Source: Chrysemys picta bellii
Lineage: Eukaryota
Assembly: GCF_011386835.1 (NCBI RefSeq)
Contig: NC_088803.1
Span: forward strand, 12,834,001 to 12,898,000
Length of the DNA stretch: 64,000 bases
Reading direction: 5' to 3'
The notes beneath the pieces are model-generated. The model ran no database searches and had not been told where the DNA came from. It worked only from the letters and a program-made list of their open reading frames with translations. This document shows, one piece after another, positions 47,840 to 58,949 of the stretch. The position numbers and the translations under genes are program-made. Position 1 is the stretch's first letter. Each line of letters starts with the position of its first letter.

Positions 47840-50296
47840 AGATGGATGGGGGATTGCAGCCCTAGGCATTCACCCAAAAGTTAAAGGACTGGGCAACCCA
47901 CTGGCTGAGGCCAGATGCTCAGACAGTGCGGGAGATCATGGATGTGCTCCTCCTAGAGCAGTTTTTACCGGGCCTCCCCAAGAACATAAAGCTGTGGGTG
48001 AGGAGGCACCAAGCGAATATAGTCAAGGTGGCTGTAAAGCTTATGGAGGAGTACACAGAGGAGGACTTCCTCAGGAAAGAGAGATGGCAGAGGAAGGAAG
48101 TGGAGATGGGGAGAAGGCCCAGAGAACCTCCATCTGGGAAGGGCCTGGAGAAAAAAATGGGAGGACAACCGAGGGGATCCCACAGGGTCCAGGCCGGTGG
48201 TCTGTTGGCAGTGCGGATGACCGGGACACAAGAAGGGGAACTGCCTGCACATGGATTGTGGGTGGGCGGAGTTTTGTGGCTTGGAAAACACTGGAACGCA
48301 GGGAAAGGGGCAGAAGCTGTCCACCATTCCAGTAATGGTGAGGAGGAAACCCCAGCAAGGCCTGGTGGACTCAGCCTTGGCCTGCTGTCTGGTACAAAGG
48401 TCTGGTACAAAGCTGGTGAGGTCACACTGGTGGATTCCCGGTGCGAAGATTGATGTAGAATGCATCCACAGGAATAGGAGGCAATACCCTATTGTCCAGG
48501 CGCCCCTTGAGGTTTGGGGCAGGTATAAGTGGCAACAGGTCAAGGTAGTAAAGGGCCTAACTTATCCAGTGGTGTCGGGTATGGACTGGGACTCCTTTCC
48601 AGGAGGGAAGGTTGGCAGAGGATAAAGCCCAAGAGAAGAAAAAGGGGAGATCCCCTGAAGACAGGGGTAGAGATCCCCGAGCAGAAAACCCCTAGACAAC
48701 AGAGGTCGAGAAGGGAGAGGGAAGTTATGGATGAGATGTCCACCCTAGGGTCCTCGACCAGAGAGCAAGGCCCAGTAGAGGCCCTTATTAGCTGACCCCC
48801 AGAGGAAGAGACCCAGACCCCATTGGACGAGCTTGCAGGACAGGAAGCCCTAAGTGTCCAGGAGAGGGCCAGGACAAATGCTGAGCTCCTAATGGAAAGG
48901 AAAGAGGGAAAAACAGGGGATCACCCACGGGGCTGTGAATGGTGTGAGGACTTGTGGGTTGCGGTGGATCTGTGGCACCATCCACATACCACCATGCCCG
49001 CACCCACCCCCCCCCCACACACACAATGTAATTTCTGGGGGTGGAGGATGAAGGAACCGCACACAGCAAACCATGGAATTGACCCAAAAGAGGGGGAAAG
49101 ATTCCCCCGTAGAGCTCCCCCCTGCCCCCGGTACAGGAAGGAGAGGTCGCAGAGGGGAAAACCTGGCGGTTGGAGAAGGGGGGGGGGGACATTCTTCCAT
49201 CAACCTAGCTACCATTGCTTGGGGAAGTTGAGTTACGACACTGACAGAAGAACCCCTTCCATTGCTGTGGTTTCTTCTGCGTAGCCTCTGCACAATACAT
49301 TATGGCAGCATAGCTGAGCTCTGAGCTCTTACCATTGTGCTCCCTTGAGCTACACCCCCCCCCAAATGCAGATGGTCACCACAATGCATCACTTAAGAGC
49401 CAAATCCAATGTTCATCAGGTGTCTTTCTATTGACTTTAGTGAGCACTTGGTCTGACCCTAAAGACCAGTTTTTCAAAAGTATTTAGGTGCCTACAGATG
49501 CAGATATGCACCTAATGGGATTTAGAAAGGTTCCTAAGGAGGTTAGACATCACATTATTTCAATTAAATGAGAGCTAGGTGCTAGGCACTGTTGAAAATC
49601 CCTCTAGCCACCTATGTGATCATTAGGCACCTATATACCATTAAAGATTAGGGCCCATAGGCACTTAAAACGCAGATAGGCTATTAATGGGATTTTTCAA
49701 AATCAATCAGATGACTAAAGCCCACCGCACTAAAAACCTTTCTGTATATTTGAATGCATTTAAAAATCTGGTCCTAGATCTGGTTAGGTGCTTTGAAAAT
49801 CCTACAAGGTGCTTATTTGCATCCTTAGGCAACCTGGGCACTGAGTTTCCATTTGATTGTTCAAATCCCTTAGCTGGCTTTGAAAATATCAGATTTGACC
49901 CTTAAAACCATCTTTTATTTGAACAAGTTTCTTGGAACCTCAGGCTCTTTCCCTTCAGGTCCAAAGGAAAGGCAAAAGTAATTTGGTTTAATTTAAGTTG
50001 TTGGATGGGTGTGAGGGCGCTGGGTGGTGGTAGTGGCCAGTGATATACTGGAGGTCAGACTAGATGATTTGATGGTCCCTTCTGGCCCTAAATGCTATGC
50101 TGCTTGCTTATGTTGTTAATTTGTTTTCTAGACCACCAAATATTTTGTTTTGGTCCTGAAGAGACAAACAATAAATAATTGTACTTGATCAAGTTACTTC
50201 TTATTTACAGAACATTTCAACAGCCTTTGGGTGATAAAAATTCTTTCCTTACAGACAGAAATACTTGAATTATTTCATTGTCAATTACAAACAAAC

Positions 50297-50297
50297 T

Positions 50298-50363
<66 letters not shown>
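50297..50363. repeat. (TTTC)n microsatellite
   Basis: Direct reading. Confidence 0.95.
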
Positions 50364-50366
<3 letters not shown>

Positions 50367-50479
50367 TACATTATTGCACCATACATGGAAATTGATATCA
50401 AACATAAGGGAACAAAATCATTCTCTGAGCAGTTTATGACCTATAGCTTAATTAAACACAGAACAAAAAAATAATATGG

Positions 50480-50770
50480 AAGACATGGGGAAGATGATAT
50501 TACTTGAAAATACTTGGGGCTTGTCTACCAAATAGCTGGAAGTTGAAGCTAAACAAATTCAGACTGGAAATAAATTGTACATTTTTAATTAACCATTGGA
50601 AAAAATTACTGAGGTTCGTGGTGGATCCAATCAAGACGGGATGTTTTTTTATAAAAGTTATGCTCTAGGAATTATTTTGGGGATGTTCTATGGCCTATGT
50701 TATACTGGAGATCAGATTAGATTATCACTGTGGTTCTTTCTGGCTTTAGAATCTATGAATCTAGATAGAC
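50480..50770 (+). mobile_element. Old CR1 3' fragment
   Basis: gaagctaaacaaattcagactggaaataa...atcagattagattatcactgtggttctttctggctttagaatctatgaatct. Shorter CR1 tails at ~50030-50098 and ~51315-51365. Confidence 0.75.
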
Positions 50771-52061
50771 TCCAGACAAGATATATTATAGGTGCCAGTG
50801 GGAGAAAACCCTATAAAAGAGGTTACCCAATACTTTGCATTACAAGACCCCATTTTTAATTCTTTATAACTTCCTAAAACTTTAACCATTTGGGCTGAAT
50901 TTTTTCATGTTGGGTGTCTGCCTCAGTAGGAAATTTTCTTAAGAGTTCCACACAAAAAAAAAAGGTTCAGTCATTTTCAAGCGAGAGATTATGGGAAAAT
51001 ACATTGGTTCCCTCATGTTAACAAAGGGAAAGAATTCTCTTTTCAGACACTCTAGCACCGGTAAGCATTCAAGCAGAGAAATTAAATATGCGGGGGGCCA
51101 CCCTGGTGTCAGAGATGTACCTTTTGCTGGTTTCATGAAACAGCACCCAGACTTGGCCAAGTTATGAGCATTTGGGAAAATCTCAGTTTCTACATGCTCA
51201 ATAGATGCTTCTTAGAGTTCCGGGCTTAGAGCTCCTATCCATCCCCACAGAGTGTGCTCCAGCTCCAGGCTAAACTGGCAATGTTGGACTTCCCTGGAAA
51301 TTGCTGATATCACACTAGATGATCAAAATGGTCCCTTATTACCTTAAAATTAATGAATCTATGATATACACCATAATCTTACAATCTGATCTGCTAGTAA
51401 AAAATGCCATGGAAATCAAGAAAGAGCCTTCTCCCAGAGTTGTTGTGTGACCTGGTCAGCTTAGGCATTGAAAATCTATCCGTGTCTTATATAGGAAGCC
51501 TGCATAAGAGCTGAGGCATGTTATTTAAAATTAGGCCAGAGGGAGCACTGGCAAAATGCATTTGACAGCCAAAAAACCCCAACCCAACCTAAAACCTAAA
51601 ATGCTGCACTGGGCAGCCAGAGCAGGAAAAGGGGAAGCCTAAATGGATTTTTCTGTAGAGCTGGTTGGAATTATTGAAGTATTAAAATTTTGATGAAATT
51701 TCAACAAACCAAGGTGAACATTTTATGAAATGTTTCTTACGTTAAGATTTTTTATTTTTTTTATTTTGACATCTCAAATTTTGAAGATGTAAAATCAGGA
51801 TACTACTTTGACTAAAGATTCTCATTTGATTTTTCAATGATCTTTATATCTGGTCAAAAGGTTCTGACTATCAAAATTTGACGAAAGTTTTATTTATTTA
51901 TTTACTTGTTTCATTAAAAAAAAAAAAGGTTCTCTTCCCATTTTCCCAACAGGTTTAAAACAGGTCAAAGTTTTTCAAATGGCAAAATTCCAATTAAAAA
52001 TGTGAGGGTCATCGGGAGTAATTCAACAAAATGTTTATGAATTTCCCTCATTCGCCCTGTT

Positions 52062-53054
52062 TTAACTAACTATATCTTTCATTCTCTGATTTCTCTGGTT
52101 GTGTGAAAAGATGCTCTTTTCTATTGTTTTTCTAAAGGCTCCCTTCACCTCTTTGTTCCTCAGAGTGTATATTATGGGGTTCAACATTGGGGTCACAACT
52201 GTGTACATGAGGGAAATCATTTGATCACTCTCTGGGGTGGAGATAGACTTGGGCCTCAGGTAGGTGAAAAGGGCCGTTCCATAGAACAAAGTCACCACCA
52301 TGAGGTGGGAGGAGCAGGTGGAGAAGGCTTTACGCCTTCCCTCTGCCGATGGCAGCTTGAGGATGGTGGAGATAATGTAGATGTAGGACAGGATTATCAG
52401 CAGGAAAGGGCTCATGATGAACAGCACCGACACAGCCAAGACCACAATTTCGTTTTTGGATGTGTCTGTGCATGCCATCTTCAGCACCGGTGGGATGTCA
52501 CAGAAGAAGTGGTGGATGCGGTTGGAGCCACAGAAGGGCAGGCTGAAGATCCACGTGGTCTGAGCTACTTCCACCGAGATGCCGATGGTCCATGAAGCAG
52601 CTGCGAGCTGTGCACACGCCCGAAAACTCATGATGGTTCTGTAGTGCAATGGTTTGCATATGGCTATGTAGCGGTCGTACGCCATGGCTGCTAGGAGGCA
52701 GCATTCTGTGAGGCCCAGGATGGTGAAGACATACATCTGGGCAGCGCAGCCCGCAATGGAGATGGTCTTTTGCTCCACCAGAAGGTGAGCCAGCAGCTGA
52801 GGGACCACACTGGTGGTGTAGCAGATTTCCAAGAAGGACAGGTTCAGCAGGAAGAAATACATGGGGGTGTGGAGTGATGGGTTTAGCTTTATAAGGAGGA
52901 TAATGAGCAGGTTCCCCACCAGGGTGACCAGGTAGGTGATCAGAAACACCAGAAACAGAAGGATTTGGAGTCTGGTAAGGTACGAAAACCCCACCAGGAT
53001 GAACACATCAGAAATGGTCTGGTTCTCATCAGGCTTTCTCTCAGAATATGTCAT
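52062..53054 (-). CDS. Olfactory receptor, class II, family-10-like (330 aa), intact
   Basis: MTYS...ENQT, LHTPMYFFLLNLSFLEICYT, MAYDRYIAICKPLHY, KAFSTCSSHL and [16 protein letters not shown]. Acceptor tctctctctttgccaccccagcag abuts the ATG. Confidence 0.95.
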   Translation of the reverse strand: MTYSERKPDENQTISDVFILVGFSYLTRLQILLFLVFLITYLVTLVGNLLIILLIKLNPSLHTPMYFFLLNLSFLEICYTTSVVPQLLAHLLVEQKTISIAGCAAQMYVFTILGLTECCLLAAMAYDRYIAICKPLHYRTIMSFRACAQLAAASWTIGISVEVAQTTWIFSLPFCGSNRIHHFFCDIPPVLKMACTDTSKNEIVVLAVSVLFIMSPFLLIILSYIYIISTILKLPSAEGRRKAFSTCSSHLMVVTLFYGTALFTYLRPKSISTPESDQMISLMYTVVTPMLNPIIYTLRNKEVKGAFRKTIEKSIFSHNQRNQRMKDIVS

Positions 53055-53602
53055 CTGCTGGGGTGGCAAAGAGAGAGACACTGGAGCTGAATCTGAAGAA
53101 TACCATATATGTGGATTTGAATCATACAATTCATACTGGTTTCCTATGTGTTGGGATGCTTCAGACAAAAACCTGCTGCAGTTCTATATGTAACTGGGCC
53201 CAATCATCATCGAGTGTAAACTGTTGTAGCTGCATTGATATCCATCAAGCTATGACAATGTAGATCAGCTGGAGATATAACTGTGACACTGTTTCCCATA
53301 TTTTTCATAGTAATAGTATGATATGATTGTGTCATAACCTAAATACATTAGGATTATGTGGGGTATCATTGGAATGGTTATGAGTTACTGCATATGATTA
53401 GCTTATTTGCATTCATGTATCATTGTTGTATCTAAAGTCAGCAATACTTACTATACATCTGTACTACAAAAGTGTTTGCACCTCGGGAATGCCCACTAGA
53501 TAGAATGCAATCAGTCTGGCCGACTAGCTGGGAACAAGTCTATGGACCATTAGGAAGAACAATAGGTCTTTGAAGATGCTAATCTCTCACCTTCCTGGGA
53601 AG

Positions 53603-53738
53603 TATCAGGGAGTAGCCATGTTAGTCTGTATCTACAAAAACAACAAGGAGTCTGGTGCATCCGAAGAAGTGAGGTTTTTACTCACGAAAGCTTATGCCCA
53701 AATAAATCTGTTAGTCTTTAAGGTGCCACCAGACTCCC
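53603..53738 (+). mobile_element. Short Penelope-like insertion
   Basis: 10-bp TSD TCCTGGGAAG (53593-53602 / 53739-53748); Penelope pseudo-LTR signature. Confidence 0.88.
53657..53697 (+). ncRNA. Minimal type I hammerhead-ribozyme-like motif (Penelope pseudo-LTR)
   Basis: GCAT-CCGAAGA-A-GTGAG-gttttta-CTCAC-GAAA-GCTT-ATGC: stem I GCAU/AUGC, core C(C)GANGA, stem II GUGAG/CUCAC, GAAA, palindromic AAGCUU. Activity untested. Confidence 0.55.
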
Positions 53739-54223
53739 TCCTGGGAAGCTTTCCAGGGATGCTACAAACTGCCTCTGACTTATGGGTGCTTTGACACTAC
53801 CGGGTCATGTGTTCAAGTCATCTGGTACTGGTTTCCATGATAAACCACCAGTATTTTTCCACTGAGGGGGATGGGAATCACACTGAAAGACAAAGGATTC
53901 CTGCCATATGTAAATCTTATTTAAGGGAGGGGAGTGAGATAATCGGGGTTCATTCTTCACTGAATCCCCACCCAGGATGACTGCTGGAAACATCTAAGGA
54001 ACAAAGATAAAGGGGGGGGGGATAAGGACTGAGGCCAGGCTGATACGGTGTCTGACCTGTGAAAGAAATACCTGGAGTTTTAAACTGCAAGCAAGAGCAG
54101 CTGCTTTCAAGAACCTCTGCAATCTGCCTAAATCAACATTTAGGGTGAGAAATTACTACTTGTAACCAGTTTCTTTAGTATATTAAGCTTATGTTGTGTT
54201 TTTGATTTATTTGTTGGCTAATC

Positions 54224-54870
54224 ATAGAATTATAGAAGATTAGGATTGGAAGAGACCTCAGGAGGTCATCTAGTACAACCCCCTGCTCAAAGCAGGACCA
54301 ACACCAATTAAATCATCACAGCCAGGGCTTTGTCAAGTTGAGCCTTAAAAACTTCTAAGGATGGAGATTCCACCACCTCCCTAGGTAACCCATTCCAGTG
54401 CTTCACCACCCTCCTAGTGAAATAGTGTTTCCTAATATGCAACCTAGACCTCCCCCACTGCAACATGAGACCATTGCTCCTTGTTCTGTCATCTGCCATC
54501 ACTGAGAACAGGCAAGCTCCATCCTCTTTGGAACCTCCTTCAGGTAGTTGACTGTTCCTGATCACCTTTCTCTCCTCCAAGTGCTTCAAAATGGATTCCT
54601 TTAGGAGCTGCTCCATGATTTTTCCAGGGACTGAGGTGAGACTGATAAGTCTGTAATTCTCTGGATTCTCCTTCTTCCCTTTTTTTAACGATGGGCACTA
54701 TATTTGGCTTTTTTCAATCGTCCCGGACCTCCCCCCAATCTCCATGAATTTTCAAAGATAATGGCCAATTGCTCTGCAATCACATCAGCCAATTCCCTCA
54801 GCACCCTCGGATGCATTAGATCTGGACTCATGGACTTGTGCATGTCCAGCTTTTTCTAAATAGTCCTTAA
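54224..54870 (-). mobile_element. CR1 fragment with a ~0.93 kb internal deletion, nested in the LTR
   Basis: 3' tail at ~54221; junction gtagttga|ctgttcctg at ~54550; flanking TAATC repeat (54219-54223 / 54871-54875). Confidence 0.92.
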
Positions 54871-55530
54871 TAATCTGCTTTGATCTGTTTGCTATCCCTC
54901 ATAATCACTTAAAATCTTTTGTAGTTAATAAAATTGATTATGATTTCTCTAAAAACAGTTTGTGGAATTCATAACTGGGGGGCAAAAAGCTGTGCATATC
55001 TTCCTCTGCATCGAGGGAGGGGGTGAATTTCAATGAGCTTATGCTGTACAGTTCTCTGTGTTTTCTCTCAATTTTGGGTTTACACTTGGGGGGGGGGGTG
55101 CACTTGAGTGCTGGGCAATTCCCTAGCTGAACCCTTCCCATGCAGTTCTGATTTCAGTGTCTGTTTCGTTCCACAGCTGGGTGGGGCCCTACCTGCGTGT
55201 GTGCTGGAGGAGGCTTGAGGTGGCCTGGCTCAGCAGAACATTGTAAGGGAGCCCCGACTGGTGGAACAGGTGGGCTGAGTGTTACCCCAGTATATCAGGT
55301 GGCACCCCTGGATGGGGGGGAGGCAACCCATCACAATGACCACTTTGACACCAGTGGAAATACAACTGATTTACAACAGATGGGGATCTGATAAATTTAC
55401 GCTAAAGGCGCTACGTCAGTTTATACCAGCAATGGAGGTATACCAGCAGTTTCCAATATCAGAGGTTCTGTTCTTCCTCTTCAAACACATTTCTTTTCTG
55501 TCTACATGAAAATTCAAAAATGGATCAATG

Positions 55531-55532
55531 TT

Positions 55533-55598
<66 letters not shown>
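55531..55598. repeat. (TTTC)n microsatellite
   Basis: Direct reading. Confidence 0.95.
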
Positions 55599-55599
<1 letters not shown>

Positions 55600-55733
55600 A
55601 CAGCCACGTTTATCAAATAAGATTTCTCAAATGAGACCAAATTCTGATCTCATTCGGAACTTAATCACAGGAATTCTTATACAAATTCTTATTCCAACTG
55701 CAGTTACAATTCACATAAGTGAGGACTACTCAC

Positions 55734-55774
55734 ATGAGTAAACTGGTGCTGCTGAGCCCAACATGATTGAAGCC
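55734..55774 (-). other. Predicted 41-nt non-coding 5' UTR exon of the OR10-like gene (paralog 62191-62231)
   Basis: Minus-strand acceptor ttctcattcttcaaAG and donor cat|GTGAGT are both conserved, with identical exon length, in the two paralogs. Confidence 0.45.
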
Positions 55775-56916
55775 CTTTGAAGAATGAGAAGCATGATAAA
55801 TGCTGAAAACAATGGGGGATTTTGGCTTTTTGTGTAATATTAAATGTTATTCTTCCCTAAATATTAGAGAACAATTTAAATCATTCCTGACTTTATCATC
55901 ACTGCATTTGAAATGCATTGGTTTCTCTCAACATACAAAAGAAGAGCTAGGGCCAGTTCCTTTGCTGGTGTAAATTTTAACAGCTCCATGGGTATAAAAA
56001 GAGCTATACTTATTTACACCAGTGTCTAATCACCTTGCTATAAAGAATTTTACAAGAAAGAAGATCCTACAATGTATGAAAAGACAATTTCCACAGATGT
56101 TTTACTTCTAGGTTATTTGTTGACAAGGAACTTCCTAATAAAAGGCATGACAGTGAAATGACAGAGTTGAAATAAAAATGAGCAATAACAAATATTGTAT
56201 TGGGCATACGCTTAGCATGTTCAATATGTGGCACTAAAAGCAATGCATCAAATAATAGTGAGCTACAAAGGGGGAAACTGGGAATGATCGAGGGAATGAT
56301 AGGGGTGAAGAGACTGGGTTTACATAGCGAGTCAGTATACCTGATACCTGAAACTCTGCCATAACTACAGAACCATTCTCCTGGAAATTGAACACACTCA
56401 AACACTCACACCCATTCAATGAAATAGAGAAAATTAAATCCAACAACCAAAGCACACTGTAGTGTACACTATGCAGAGTACACAATTTAAAATAAAAGAG
56501 AATATTTTTCTCTAAATAGGGAGCCTTGGAGAAGAGGTTGAAATTCTTCTGCTTCTCTTAAGATCTAATTTGGGGAACCTCTATTGATGTTTGTGAGTAC
56601 TTCCCTCAGCACAACCATTGCAGTATATGCAGATCTGGCTGGAAAATGGAATTTCCATCTCATGGGAAATTCCAATATTCCAATATTTATTTTCACCCTG
56701 AATCTATACGAAAAGTTGAAATAGTGAAAACCTTAATTTCAATTCAGAAGAGTCCACATGAAATCGAATGGAAAATTGAAAAATTGCCAGCAACATCAAT
56801 GTTTTCTCATGGAAAACATCAATATTGATATAACCATATTTTTCAGAAGGGATTTGGATTTATTTCTTTATTTGTTTGCTGACATTTTGAGCGGCTCTAA
56901 ATAAATGTAGAAATTT

Positions 56917-57040
56917 ACTCACCATTAGGAATAAGGTCTGTATAGATGCTTGTCGCTGGCAGTTGAGTGATATTTTCTGAACTCTTCAAGGCATCTGGAC
57001 ACTCCATTAGTATACCTGAGAACATGAAAGCAATTAAAGA
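56917..57040 (-). promoter_or_regulatory. Candidate first-exon donor and homeodomain-site promoter of the OR10-like gene (paralog 63399-63520)
   Basis: ATG|GTGAGT donor (intron starts at 56922; paralog 63404). TAATGG (57004-57009) and TAATTG (57031-57036) are conserved in both paralogs. Confidence 0.4.
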
Positions 57041-57134
57041 AGCATACATTATGAGAAGGAAGGTTTGAGAAAAATTCAGCTAAAAGCGACCACCATTTAA
57101 CTAGTTGTATTCAGAATGATAGAGTCAGACATGA

Positions 57135-57135
<1 letters not shown>

Positions 57136-57195
<60 letters not shown>
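57136..57195. repeat. (AGAT)n microsatellite
   Basis: Direct reading. Confidence 0.95.
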
Positions 57196-58222
57196 CACAG
57201 CCCCTGTGCTCAGACACACGTTAAGATTCTCTGCCCATATATGGAAAATTCAAATGAAGAAACCAATGACATGATCTTGCTCCCATTGCAGACTGGGGCA
57301 CAACACCCATGGACTTCAGTGGGAGATGGTTGGGGCCTTAAGTCATTCATTTATAACCTACCTTGTTTAAGAAGAATAGTTCTATCTCCTAGCTAAAAGC
57401 GCAATATGTGTTGAAGGAAAGAGGTGTTTTTATTTCATTCACTGGCTTCTGGGACCTACTCCCTGAAGGAAATTTCTTATAATATTCCTCAGAGGAAGAA
57501 CAATGCTGCATCAAACTGCAACAAAACAAAATACACTAGGGCAATCATTTCAGAGGGGGTGGTAACATCATCATCATCATCATCATGTATTTTCTAGATG
57601 AAAATTGTAATGGGATTTACTAAGTGGGGTAAATTTTGTGATACTATTTTGTCTGGAAAGAGGAATGATTTGTCCAAGGCAACACAACACAAAGAGTCAG
57701 GGGCAGAGTCAGTAACAACACCCAAGGCTTATGACTCCAGTTACCGGATGTTCAGACTGTGTGCCTCATTCCTGTCTCAGACCCATGATTAGAACCCAGG
57801 AGATCTGATTCCCATCCCCACTTCTCTAAACATTACACTCCACTCCCCTCCCAGAGCTGGGAACAGAACCCGGGCGTCCTCACTCTCAGACTCTACTGCT
57901 CTTACCAAAGGGTCCAATTCCCTCCTTGAGGACCAGATACAAAGTCCATAGAAGTCAGTGGGACTATTCCCTTTGATACAGATGTTTGCAGTGGAACCAG
58001 AATAAACTCTATGTGGAAGCTGAGAGGTGCTAGGGGTTAGTGCACTTCAGGGAGTGGGGTGATGGGCTCATCTGGGAGCACTCTCATTTCTTCGACAGTT
58101 CTGACCCCATAACTCCAGCATGGCCATAGAGGGCTGAGGCTTTCCTACTGCGAGTGGGGTGGGGTGCTCAGTTTGGGGCAATCTTCCCCCTTAGTCAGTG
58201 TTGCTAGCAATACCCCAGTGTA

Positions 58223-58653
58223 GAACTAGGGGGTGCTAAAATACAGGGATGGGCCTGGAGGGCTCTGTAGGATGTTCTTAGGTTGATGGATCCCAATGTC
58301 CCAGCTCAGCAGTAGGGGGCGCTGTACTGCAGGGAAGAGGGTGGATGACTCGTTAAGGGACATTCTCCTCTGTGGGTCAGTACTAAACCCAGTGCTCCAG
58401 CGCAGCTCCAAGCAATGACATGTTGCAAAGAGCTGGGTGGGGTCTCACTTGGGGGGCACTCTTGTCACTTGGTCCATGCTGACCCCTTGTGCTTCAGCAG
58501 GGCACCACGTGGCCCTGTGCCGCAAAGAGCAGGGTGAGGGGCTCACCTGTGGACCTGCTCCCATCAGAATTGCTGCTTATCACAGTGCTCCAGCATGGCG
58601 CTCGGGCGCCCTGTGCTGCAGAGGGTGGGTAGGGTGGATGAGCAGGTGGCGCT
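58223..58653 (+). promoter_or_regulatory. Three co-oriented CTCF-like motifs
   Basis: GAACTAGGGGGTGCT (58223-58237), GCAGTAGGGGGCGCT (58309-58323) and TGAGCAGGTGGCGCT (58639-58653), compared with the consensus CCASYAGRKGGCRSY. Confidence 0.3.
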
Positions 58654-58897
58654 CTCCCCTTAAAGTTCGTGCTGATCTACAGCAACTCATCACAGTGGAA
58701 CGGGACACTGTTTCTGGTGGATGTTATATCTTTTGGTTGAGCTACAAATGAAAGATCTTTCTCGAACATCCGTGGTCATTGACAAGTCAGTGAGGCTATT
58801 TACAAGAAGAAGGGGCAGCAGTGGCACGTACACACACGCACTGAACATGGCTCATTCCCTCCAGCAGGGGATGACAGTCACACAGACAGACAGACAG

Positions 58898-58902
<5 letters not shown>

Positions 58903-58947
<45 letters not shown>
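58903..58947. repeat. (CA)n microsatellite
   Basis: Direct reading. Shorter (CA)n at ~59405-59433 and (GA)n at ~62855-62880. Confidence 0.95.

Positions 58948-58949
<2 letters not shown>

Larger units (their letters stand above)
45563..49190 (+). mobile_element. Gmr1-like Gypsy (Metaviridae) relic: 5' LTR, PBS-like site, gag (coiled coil, SCAN domain, CCHC knuckle), aspartic protease, polypurine tract; IN/RT and 3' LTR missing
   Basis: Candidate LTR TGTGAG...TGTACA at 45563-45839 followed directly by TGGTG. Gag start MEETLQWLAKQ at 45995. SCAN-like WLRPDAQTVREIMDVLLLEQFLPGLP at ~47900-47980. CWQCG*PGHKKGNC at 48203-48244. Protease LVDSA...CIH...YP...LTYPVVSGMDW at ~48320-48600. PPT at 49172-49189. 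Confidence 0.82.
53282..55335 (+). mobile_element. Solo LTR (~1.25 kb net) hosting a Penelope and a CR1 insertion
   Basis: Termini TGTGAC...ATCACA; 5-bp TSD ATAAC/ATGAC (53277-53281 / 55336-55340); AATAAA near 54926; empty site in the paralog at ~61765-61785. Confidence 0.88.
51830..57087. repeat. OR10-like duplication unit, homologous to ~60330-63567
   Basis: Collinear from the 3' flank (ggtcaaaaggttctgactatcaaaatttg) through the gene to aaaaattcagctaaaag, apart from the 53282-55335 insertion. Confidence 0.92.

Noticed and set aside
47926-48453. Possible ZSCAN host gene
   Set aside because: There is no C2H2 array. It is flanked by gag coiled-coil, CCHC, protease and LTR/PPT features and contains stops, so it is a retrotransposon remnant.
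53055-53168. N-terminal extensions of the OR10-like ORFs (also 61551-61706)
   Set aside because: The extensions differ between paralogs and run through pyrimidine tracts ending in AG directly before the conserved MTYS start.
56658-56667. O/E-like TCCCATGAGA conserved in both OR10-like paralogs (63141-63150)
   Set aside because: It lies inside an AT-rich interspersed repeat shared by descent, so conservation is not independent evidence of function.
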